From: Macrostomum hystrix
Lineage: Eukaryota > Animalia > Platyhelminthes
Assembly: GCA_950097015.1 (NCBI GenBank)
Contig: CATNEN010000024.1
Span: 3,844,001-3,908,000, forward strand
Reading direction: 5' to 3'
Length of the DNA stretch: 64,000 nt
Both the position numbers and the translations under genes were made by a program. This document shows positions 12,047 to 23,100 of the stretch, in pieces. The notes beneath the pieces are model-generated. The model saw only the letters and a program-made list of their open reading frames with translations, was not told the origin of the DNA and did not search any database. Position 1 is the first letter of the stretch. Every line of letters starts with the position of its first letter.

Positions 12047-15000
12047 TCACAGACCCAATTCGGACAGCATGTAAAAGAACAAATACACAATGATGACGGC
12101 ACCGATAAGCGGCCAGAAGCAAGAGTAGGCCGCTCTAGTAGGGCCGCGGTGCCAGCGCATCAGACAGTCGGCTGACACGGACAGCAGCTCCCAGTCGTTG
12201 CCGGCGTTGACAGACCGCAGAGGCGGCATGAACACCAGATCGGTGAGAAATACCGAATGCGCCTGCGGCAGTCGATACAGACGCTGCAAGCTGAAAGCGG
12301 CGTACACCGACACTGTGCCATCAAGAGTGCCCAGGCCGATGAACCTGCCTTCGTCACTGAGACGTAGCGCGCTGGTAAGCTCAGGACCTTCAGTGGCGGC
12401 GGTTATGAAAATAGAGTGAAAATATTTTAGAGATTTATTGAAAAGTTGAGATTCTTGCCTGTCTATGATCCTGGGCAGAAGGGATGATTTTTTGGGATTA
12501 TTATTGCCAGTCTTTGATCCTGGGAAAAGGAATGATTTTTTATTTGTTGGGATTATTATTGCCGGTCTTTGATCCTGGGCAGAAGGGATGCTTTTGATTT
12601 TTTGGGATTATTATTGCCAGTTTTTGATCCTGGGCAGAAGGGATGCTTTTTATTTGTTGGGATTATTATTGCCAGTCTTTGATCCTGGGCAGAAAGGAAT
12701 GATTTTTTATTTGTTGGGATTATTATTGCCGGTCTTTGATCCTGGGCAGAAGGGATGCTTTTGATTTTTTGGGATTATTATTGCCGGTCTTTGATCCTGG
12801 GCAGATGGGATGATTTTTTGGGATTATTATTGCCAGTCTTTGATCCTGGGAAAAGGAATGATTTTTTATTTGTTGGGATTATTATTGCCAGTCTTTGGTC
12901 CTGGGCAGAAGGGATGCTTTTGATTTGTTGGGATTATTATTGCCAGTCTATGATCCTGGGAAAAGGGATGCTTTTGATTTTTTGGGATTATTATTGCCAG
13001 TCTTTGGTCCTGGGCAGAAGGGATGCTTTTGATTTTTTGGGATTATTATTGCCAGTCTTTGGTCCTGGGAAGAAGGGATGCTTTTGATTTTTTGGGATTA
13101 TTATTGCCAGTCTTTGGTCCTGGGCAGAAGGGATGCTTTTGATTTTTTGGGATTATTATTGCCTGTCTTTGATCCTGGGAAAAGGGATGCTTTTGATTTT
13201 TTGGGATTATTATTGCCTGTCTTTGATCCTGGGAAAAGGGATGCTTTTGATTTTTTGGGATTATTATTGCCGGTCTTTGATCCTGGGAAAAGGGATGCTT
13301 TTGATTTTTTGGGATTATTATTGCCTGTCTTTGATCCTGGGAAAAGGGATGCTTTTGATTTGTTGGGATTATTATTGCCGGTCTTTGATCCTGGGAAAAG
13401 GGATGCTTTTGATTTGTTGGGATTATTATTGCCGGTCTTTGATCCTGGGAAAAGGGATGCTTTTGATTTTTTGGGATTATTATTGCCAGTCTTTGATCCT
13501 GGGAAAAGGGATGCTTTTGATTTGTTGGGATTATTATTGCCAGTCTTTGATCCTGGGAAAAGGGATGCTTTTGATTTGTTGGGATTATTATTGCCAGTCT
13601 ATGATCCTGGGAAAAGGGATGCTTTTGATTTGTTGGGATTATTATTGCCGGTCTATGATCCTGGGAAAAGGGATGCCTTTGATTTGTTGGGATTATTATT
13701 GCCGGTCTTTGATCCTGGGAAAAGGGATGATTTTGATTTGTTGGGATTATTATTGCCAGTCTTTGATCCTGGGAAAAGGGATGATTTTGATTTGTTGGGA
13801 TTATTATTGTCTGTCTATGATCGTGGGCAGAAGGGATGCCTTTGATTTTTTGGGATTATTATTGCCAGTCTTTGGTCCTGGGCAGAAGGGATGCTTTTGA
13901 TTTTTTGGGATTATTATTGCCGGTCTTTGATCCTGGGAAAAGGGATGCTTTTGATTTTTTGGGATTATTATTGCCTGTCTTTGATCCTGGGAAAAGGGAT
14001 GCTTTTGATTTGTTGGGATTATCATTGCCAGTCTTTGATCCTGGGAAAAGGGATGCTTTTGATTTGTTGGGATTATTATTGCCGGTCTTTGGTCCTGGGA
14101 AAAGGGATGCTTTTGATTTGTTGGGATTATTATTGCCAGTCTTTGATCCTGGGAAAAGGGATGCTTTTGATTTGTTGGGATTATTATTGCCAGTCTTTGA
14201 TCCTGGGAAAAGGGATGCTTTTGATTTGTTGGGATTATTATTGCCAGTCTTTGATCCTGGGAAAAGGGATGCTTTTGATTTGTTGGGATTATTATTGCCA
14301 GTCTTTGATCCTGGGAAAAGGGATGCTTTTGATTTGTTGGGATTATTATTGCCGGTCTTTGGTCCTGGGAAAAGGGATGCTTTTGATTTGTTGGGATTAT
14401 TATTGCCAGTCTTTGATCCTGGGAAAAGGGATGCTTTTGATTTGTTGGGATTATTATTGCCGGTCTTTGATCCTGGGAAAAGGGATGCTTTTGATTTGTT
14501 GGGATTATTATTGCCGGTCTTTGATCCTGGGCAGAAGGGATGCTTTTGATTTGTTGGGATTATTATTGCCAGTCTTTGATCCTGGGAAAAGGGATGATTT
14601 TGATTTGTTGGGATTATTATTGTCTGTCTATGATCCTGGGAAGAAGGAATGCTTTTGATTTTTTGGGATTATTATTGCCAGTCTTTGATCCTGGGCAGAA
14701 AGGATTCTTTTCATTTGTTGGGATTATTGCCTGTCTATGATCCTAGGAGAAACGGAATCCTGTCCAGTTCTGATCCTAAGTAAATCAAAAAATTTTAGAT
14801 CATCTCCATAGATCCATAGACCATCCGGCGCTGACCTGTTGGAATGCAGGCACGGAGGCGGTAGCCGGCTGTGAGATCCCACACGGCCAGGTGGCAGGGG
14901 GCCTTGCCCCTAGCCCGCCCGGTTGGCAGCAGGCTGGCGAAGGCGGCCTCGCTGTCGCCGGTGTCTGGTCGGCCCAGCAGGCAGTGCCTGAAGGCCACCT

Positions 15001-16066
15001 GGCCAAGGAGGCGGTCGGGCGGTGCCAGCTCAGTGACTTTGCTGCCGTCCTGGCGCCACAGCCGTGCGGCCGGTTCTCCAGGACCGCCGGCGGTGGCCAC
15101 TCGCCGGAAGCCGACGGTGGCGTCAAGACAGGCCACTTCGGAGTCGTGAGCGCGGAATTCGGCGATTAGGCTGAAGTCGGCTAGTGTGTGCAGCCGTACG
15201 ACACCATTAGACAGGCCGAGAGCAACGCCGGCGCCATCGGGGCTGACGCGGACGGCGTTGATGCCAGCCGGACAGCGGATTGAGCGGCCTTTGGCAAACT
15301 TTCGGTTGGCGTCCACCTAGTAGGGAGTGGTGGATCCATGCTTCAATAGAGGGTCAGTGGCAGAGCGGTTGACGCGTTCGCCTCTCGCACCAAGGTCCCT
15401 GAGTTCGATTCCGCGGCCAGGCCGCATTCATTTGGGGCGCAGCCGCAGAGAGAAGGCTTGGGGGCTTGTCGTGCAATTTACGCCATTGAGGGCCAACCTC
15501 CAAGGCACAGTGAAAGTGTGAACTGCCTGACGATGAGAAAGTCAGTGCAGATGTGCACACCTGTGTGAGTGTGCGCCTTAGTACAGGATCTGTGCGCGCG
15601 TGTGCTCAGGAGTCAGCGACATGGGCAGAATTGCCTCCTCGAGCTGGCTGCGGGTCTACCATGACCAAATGATGTGCCATTGCCCACAGCCCACATGCAG
15701 TTATGATTATCGTCCGTATCAATCAGTCAGTCAAGCGGATCAATTATAAAAAATGTAATTGAAACTCACCTGATACTCTTGACAAACGGATCCTTCCGCT
15801 GCCATGACAACGGCCAACGGTCCGGCGCCCAGCACACCAGCGCACATGACCGCCTCCGTGCCGGTGCTGGTCTGACCCAACGAGCGCACCTCTGGCAGGG
15901 GGCCCTGGCCTTTCTCCAGGCGGACCACCTCCAGCTGGTTTGGCACGCCAGTCTTTGACGCGCCGCCGCCGCCGCAGACGAGAATTTCGTCAAGACCGAC
16001 TGTTTCCATGCGATAAGGCGGATAGGCGAACCTGTGCAATAGGCCGATGTCCCGCTTCTTAGTCAT
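12047..16066 (-). CDS. PREB: Prolactin regulatory element-binding protein / SEC12 (Sar1 GEF; WD40 propeller plus C-terminal TM), 372 aa; exons 16066-15770, 15316-14836, 12387-12047
   Basis: K-loop [14 protein letters not shown] repeats, '[39 protein letters not shown]' and a C-terminal hydrophobic helix match PREB/Sec12. Splice phases 0 and 1 are consistent, and the CDS totals 1119 nt. Confidence 0.9.
12460..14750. repeat. 54-bp intronic minisatellite (GGGAAAAGGGATGCTTTTGATTTGTTGGGATTATTATTGCCAGTCTTTGATCCT), about 42 copies
   Basis: GATCCT recurs every 54 nt (18-aa period in the ORF track). Fills most of PREB intron 12388-14835. Confidence 0.97.
15351..15735 (+). mobile_element. tRNA-derived SINE in PREB intron 1 (a different family from the CORE-like SINE)
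   Basis: Pol III A box TGGCAGAGCGG and B box GAGTTCGATTC, followed by a non-tRNA body and a TCAATCAGTCAGTCAA simple-repeat tail. Confidence 0.7.
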
Positions 16067-16399
16067 GTTTCGGCTGGGCTGAAACATATTAGCGCATTTT
16101 GAAAACCGGAGGACATCGTTCTTCGCAATAGGAAAATATCTAAAAGAAATGTCATTAACGCTGAGCTTTTTACCTACACAAAATTTAATCCTTCAAAGGC
16201 AACATGTGCCTAACCTTTAGAAAGAATCGACTTATTTTATCCAGAATCCTTTGAGAGTAAAATGCGTAACACTTTATAGAAACATATAATTGATTACTTC
16301 GCTATCATGTTTAAGTGTTCGCTATAATAGCGAGACTTCAAAGGAAAATTTCCGGAAAGAGCGGTTGCAGATTTAGGTGAGGAAAAAGCTTTTAATAGA

Positions 16400-17090
16400 A
16401 AGTGACGATACCAAGAAAGAAAACTAGCAAGAGAAACTACCGATACTGGGAAAGGAAACTATCTAAAGAAGGCGACGATACCGGGAAAGGAAACAGCCGG
16501 GAGGAAGTGACGATAACAGGAAACGAAACTACTGAGAGAAGGTGACGATACCAGGAAAGGAAACTAGCGGTAGGAAGTGACGATACCGGGAAAGGAAACT
16601 ACCGATAGGAAGTGACGATAACAGGAAAGGAAACAACTGAGAGAAGGTGACGATACCAGGAAAGGAAACTACTGAGAGAAGGTGACGATACCAGGAAAGG
16701 AAAATAGCGGTAGGAAGTGACGATACCGGGAAAGGAAACTACCGATAGGAAGTGACGATAACAGGAAAGGAAACTACCGATAGGAAGTGACGATAACAGG
16801 AAAGGAAACTACCGATAGGAAGTGACGATAACAGGAAAGGAAACTACTGATAGGAAGTGACGATACCAGGAAAGGAAACTACTGATAGGAAGTGACGATA
16901 CCAGGAAAGGAAACAACTGAGAGAAGGTGACGATACAAGGAATGGAAACTACCGGGAGGAAGCGACGATACCTGGAATGGAAACTACCGAGAGAAAGCGA
17001 CGATACCGGGAATGGAAACTACCGGGAGGAAGCGACGATACCGGGAAAGGAAACTACCGAGAGAAAGCGACGATACCGGGAAAGGAAACT
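16400..17090. repeat. About 35-bp minisatellite (GTGACGATACCAGGAAAGGAAACTACTGAGAGAAG), array 1
   Basis: Direct reading. Confidence 0.9.
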
Positions 17091-17949
17091 AAGGATTAAA
17101 GGCGGTTATTCTGAGAGTAAAAGCAGAAACACATTTACATCCGAAAGAATGAACAAGCTTTAATTCGAAGAAAAATAGGAAAATGATTAGGGATCTCCTG
17201 GCTTGAAAGAAAATTATTGTTAGTGGAAGCCTTAAAAACTTGTTGACAAATGAGGCCACGTGAAAAAAACATAGATAACCTTAAACGGAACTTATTTATG
17301 AGAAAAATGAGCTTTAGGTTGGACGACCTTTTCATTCCCACTTAGATTAGAAGCCAGATTCTGCAGAGCAAGAAAGCTGTAAACAGGTCCTGTAGCCGAT
17401 GCTCTTTCATTTATGAATTTGTGTAGCAAAAGACCGCAGCAATTGCGAATGTGGATTTCTGTCTTTACCCAACCGCTAATCTTAAAACAACCACCCAGAA
17501 TTTGTTTACCCTATCAAGCTTTAGAAAAAAGCGAAAGCAGCGAACCAAGGGACCATGCTTTGAAGTCCCACAGATTTAAACCGAAGATGTTGTTGAGAAG
17601 CTGGCTATACTACCCTCCCACGCAAAATTAAGAGACTATTAATTGATAGAGAGAGTTAGTTACATAATTACAGATGAAGAAAAGCAGTGCTCACAGATCT
17701 ATTGCGCATCACTTTCTAACATCATTTTAGATCCTCTATAAAACACAAGCCCCGCCTGCACTGGTACTAGTAAACAGGTGACACTGTGTTACCTTTCAGA
17801 GCTAGTAAATATGAGTATATATGAAGCTGTCTAACAAAGCATGGACCCCATGAATTAAAGTGCACCTGGACAGGAGAAATAATTATTGCTACAATACTGA
17901 GATCCATGATTATTTAATAACCGTTTGCATCGGATTTCTGACCGAGGAG

Positions 17950-18025
17950 GCGAGAGTTCGAATCTTAGGCCTAAGAAAGATAATTCGCTTCAGTTCACCC
18001 AACTGTAAAATGGGTACCGCTATAG
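17950..18025 (+). mobile_element. Degenerate fragment of the CORE-like SINE
   Basis: B box GAGTTCGAATC plus GCTTCAGTTCACCCAACTGTAAAATGGGTACC, similar to the copies at 27445 and 37196. Confidence 0.45.
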
Positions 18026-18444
18026 CTGCGGTTTTGCCACTAGTTGCACACCTGGCCAAACTGGACTGCATCTCATTTGCATATATTTCGTCATCAATTT
18101 AATCTCATAAACTTGTCTTGCAATGAGAGAAATTCACGGGCAAACGTCGCGAATGTAACAACACCAAAACAAGTTTCAACAGCTGGAAAAATATCTAACT
18201 GGCTTAGAAAAAAGCAGTGTATTTTTTGTTAAAAAATATTGTAAATACAGTGGAGGAAAAGGAACAGGAAAATATGCACACTAAATCAGAGACAAACTTA
18301 TAAAGGCTTCACAAGCTTCTTGAAGAATTGCTAAGCATATGCTAAGCATAATCAGAGAAATTCAGATGATCACTGCTAGATTGTTGCCACAAAGAATGAT
18401 AGCCACTACTTTGAACTGAGACAATTAATCAAACGAACGGAAAG

Positions 18445-19105
18445 TGAGGAAGTGACGATACCGGGAAACGAAACTACTGAGAGAAGGTGACGATACCAGG
18501 AAAGGAAACTACCGGGAGGAAGTGACGATACCAGGAAAGGAAACTACTGAGAGAAGGTGACGATACCAGGAAAGGACACTACTGAGAGGTGACGATACCA
18601 GGAAAGGAAACTACCGAGAGGTGACGATACCAGGAAAGGACACTACTGAGAGGTGACGATACCAGGAAAGGAAACTACCGAGAGGTGACGATACCAGGAA
18701 AGGACACTACTGAGAGGTGACGATACCAGGAAAGGACACTACTGAGAGGTGACGATACCAGGAAAGGACACTACTGAGAGGTGACGATACCGGGAAAGGA
18801 AACTACTGAGAGAAGGTGACGATACCAGGAAAGGAAACTACTGAGAGGTGACGATACCAGGAAAGGAAACTACCGGGAGGAAGTGACGATACCAGGAAAG
18901 GAAACTACCGAGAGAAAGCGACGATACCGGGAAAGGAAACTACCGGGAGGAAGCGACGATACCGGGAAAGGAAACTACCGGGATGAAGCGACGATACCGG
19001 GAAAGGAAACTACCGGGAGGAAGCGACGATACCGGGAAAGGAAACTACCGGGATGAAGCGACGATACCAGGAAAGGAAACTACCGGGAGGAAGTGACGAT
19101 ACCAG
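18445..19105. repeat. Same 33-35-bp minisatellite, array 2, flanked by 162-bp direct repeats (18278-18439 and 19108-19269)
   Basis: Direct reading; the flanks ACACTAAATCAGAGAC...CAAACGAACG are identical except for one substitution that I found. Confidence 0.9.
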
Positions 19106-20198
19106 AGACACTAAATCAGAGACAAACTTATAAAGGCTACACAAGCTTCTTGAAGAATTGCTAAGCATATGCTAAGCATAATCAGAGAAATTCAGATGAT
19201 CACTGCTAGATTGTTGCCACAAAGAATGATAGCCACTACTTTGAACTGAGACAATTAATCAAACGAACGCTATGACATTAGATTCCTTATCGTAAATGGG
19301 GGCACGCTATTGAAGTAACGAAACCGTGTCTCATTTCAGCAATCCTTTGCATTAACAATCCAGCCTGATATAAATTTGAAAAAAAATTAAGTATGCATTT
19401 TCTCGTCTTCTTTGGTTCTAAAGCTACATCACACGAATAGGAGTGAATCACTCAATTATAATAGCAAACCTATTTCTAACTGAAAATCGGCGATGATAAT
19501 TCTACACTCGACTTCAAAAGTCAAAGGGGTCACACGCATGAAACAAAACACAGGTAATTGCACCACAATAAAGGCTGAACAAATAAAAAAACAACTAATT
19601 TTAAGAAACGAGGGGCACATTGAAAATACTAAGCCACTAGTTGTAGAACGATTTAATATTACTAAATTTTTATTGACAGATAACCAGCACCTTAATGCAT
19701 TTCTATGCAGGTGATTTAAAAAATCCGTCCTTGACGCAAAATAGTCAATTCCCACCCTGTAAAAAATTCGACTGCTTCTTCGGCGGGTTTTTTGTGCAAA
19801 ATAGGAGTGGAATCTACCAAAATGCCCCTTATCTCGCAAGAGTTAAAGAAACCACCTAGGAAGCAGCCGATGTAACCGTAAATTGTGCGGAAACCGCCGA
19901 AGAATCACCCGAACCAGTGGCCCATGGGACAACCAGAGAATTATTTACGGGTGATTCCTCGGCGGTTTCTGAGCATGGAATCTTCCAAACTGGAGGATTC
20001 TTTGGGTGATTCGATTTCGCCACCAAGAAGCACCGAGAAAACGCCCAGTTGGGTAGATTCTAAGCATGGAATCATCCGATTGGTATGTTTCCAGCGTTTG
20101 GCTGTTTTTTTTCTGGAAACACCGCAGATTCCAACTGGAATCACCCAAAGAAACATCCCTATTTTTTAGCGGGACAGAAACGGAAAGTTTATTATCGA

Positions 20199-23100
20199 TC
20201 AGGATTCTTCAACAAATTTTCCTTCGAAATGAAAAGCGGTATCGCCAAACTGGCAATGCCGCAGATAGTTCCTAGTCATGGCTCTCTCATCGTTAGCGTC
20301 GTCGTCCAAAATGGGATTAGTCGGCCGCTGGCCCATGTCCAGGTCCGAATCGTCGGACATGCTGCCGCTACGACTTTCCGAGTCGCCATCGCCGTCCAGC
20401 TCGCCAGACAGGCCGTAAGAATTTTGGCGCTTTGAGCGTCGCTCGCGATGCCTGGCGCCTAGTTGGAGAATTCGGTCCAGACTGCGCAGGCTGGCCATGT
20501 CGGAGGCGTCCTCGTCGGCGTCGCTCAGCTCGGCCTCTTGATCTTCTTCGGCAGCGTCGCCGGTGGGGACAAACTTGCGCAGGCCTGGCAGTTTAGGCCA
20601 ATAGCCACGCTCGCGCTTGTATAGAGCCACAACGATGGTGCCGCTGGTGAGGCGGCACACTGTACGCCTGGGCACAATGGGATGCGGCAGCGGTAGCCAC
20701 AGCTGGCAGTGGGAGGTGCGGAATAGCAAGCGCTGCTCGTCAATGGTTATGGGATAAGGCTGAACAAGCTGCGAAAGCGAGTTGGAGGCCTGCTGTACCA
20801 GGCAGTTGCAGCCGAACTCTATCTGGAAGCGTCGGCCGGTCTGTGCGTAGAGGACGTCACGCGGAGTCGGCAGGCCCTCAACTAGAAGCAACTGCGGCAG
20901 CAGAACCGGCTGCATATCTGGTCTGAAATCGAATGAGACAACGGGCTCCGACAGAAGCATGGCTTGCAGATCGCGCAGCGAGCGTTGGTTAGCGCCGGCT
21001 GGTACAAGGCTGCAGAACCTGTCGAGCGAGATGGCCCTGAATGTGGCCTTGTCGACTAGACTATCGCGCCAGAGCCGGGCCAGCGCGATTGAAATAACGT
21101 CGATAGCGGGCGGACAGGCCGGCCCGCCAGCTCGGCCAAGAAGCTGCAGCAGGCGCTTCATGAGGGCGTCGAAAGCGTCGGCTCGCCGGAGGGCGCGCCA
21201 GTGGCCGCGGTGCCTGGCCAGAATGTTGATGGCGCAGGCGGCATGGGCTAGATGATTGTCAGGCGCATCAGCAGTGCCAGAGTCGGAGCGGACTCGCTGT
21301 ACCAGGGGTTCAACCAGTGGTCTAAATCGCGCAAGGTCATTATCGCTAGGCAGAAGGTAAGCGCAGCAACGGCAGAAGTCGGCCGCTGCGGCAGATGGCT
21401 GTCCTCTGAGCTCCCTGACTAGCAGGGCAACCAGATCCCGACGAGAGCGCATAGCCAGAACCAGCTGGGCGGAGGTGGACAAAGCCAGGCGAAGAACCCG
21501 AGCAGCGGGCGCGTGAGCGGGCCCGCCATCCTGATTGCGATCTAGGCAGGCTACAAGCAAGGCTAGAAATTCGTCGGCGTCGCCGCTGTTCGCCGACAAA
21601 AGCGGAGCGAACTCGTCCGGCCGGCCTTCCAGCAGTTCAGCCAAAGCGTCTAGAATGCTGGCAACTTCCGCTTCGACAGTGAGATGAGACAGCAGGAGAA
21701 GCAGAGCAATGCGAGCATCGGCCAGATCATCGACGTTGATGTTGGCAGCGATTCGCTTGGCAGAGTCTTTTAATCTCAGAAGCAGCAGTTGGTTATCGCT
21801 CCTGTCAAGCAGAATCCGGAAAGCCAGTTCGCGCAGCCCGTCGCTGCCTGTTGGCTGCCAGTCAGTAGGCAGGCGGAGCTTGTTCTGAATGTAGACATTG
21901 TGCAGACTGGCAAAGCCTAGCCTTGCCAACTCGGCAGCCGGGTCTAAACGAGCCTGCTGGCCTTCAATGACAGCAGAGGTAAGCTGAATGCTGTAGCGAG
22001 GACGAAAAATGCTGGATGATGCCGCCGAGGACTGGGGCTCATGCTGCGGAGTCACTTGAATAATCTGATGGAACAATGGACATGCGTGGGGGCGAAGATT
22101 AGGATTGTTTTCTTTTAACTGGCAGATAGTACAATACTGCGTTAACGGCTAGATAGATCTAATGAAACTGACTGCTAGCTGGATCTAATGTACTAAATGC
22201 TAGCTGTATCTAATGTACTGACTGCTAGACGGATCTAATGAACTGACTGCTAGACGGATCTAATGAACTGACTGCTAGACGGATCTAATGTACTGACTGC
22301 TAGACGGATCTAATGAACTGACTGCTAGACGGATCTAATGAACTGACTGCTAGACGGATCTAATGAACTGACTGCTAGACGGATCTAATAAACTGACTGC
22401 TAGACGGATCTAATGTACTGACTGCTAGACGGATCTAATGAACTGACTGCTAGACGGATCTAATAAACTGACTGCTAGACGGATCTAATGAACTGACTGC
22501 TAGACGGATCTAATGTACTGACTGCTAGACGGATCTAATGTACTGACTGCTAGACGGATCTAATGAACTGACTGCTAGACGGATCTAATGAACTGACTGC
22601 TAGACGGATCTAATGAACTGACTGCTAGACGGATCTAATGAACTGACTGCTAGACGGATCTAATGAACTGACTGCTAGACGGATCTAATGAACTGACTGC
22701 TAGACGGATCTAATGAACTGACTGCTAGACGGATCTAATGAACTGACTGCTAGACGGATCTAATGAACTGACTGCTAGACGGATCTAATGAACTGACTGC
22801 TTACCCGAGCAAAGAAGCTTCGCCTAGTCGGAGGCTCAGAATCGCTAAAAAACAGGTCCGCGAAGTGCGTAATGGCCTGGTCGGTCCAGCCGGCTGTGGG
22901 GTCGGCCGGCGAGCAATGCGCCAGACAGCAGGTGATTGCGTGAGCAGGCAAGTGCCTGTACTCATTAGGTAGCTGGCGCAGCTGTTCCAACGCCACGCGT
23001 TGACGATCGCCAAAGTCGACAAAGTTAACAGTGCACATGGCCGGCTGGTCCGAGTCGATAGAAACAATGCTTGCCCGATTTAAAGTTGGCAATCTAGAAC

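Noticed and set aside
13078-14740. 237-255-aa ORFs with 18-aa periodicity
   Set aside because: Translation of the 54-bp array inside a PREB intron, on the antisense strand.
15351-15425. Possible tRNA genes here and at 27575-27644 and 37196-37265
   Set aside because: A and B boxes are present, but the acceptor stems are broken and the sequences continue into shared SINE bodies.
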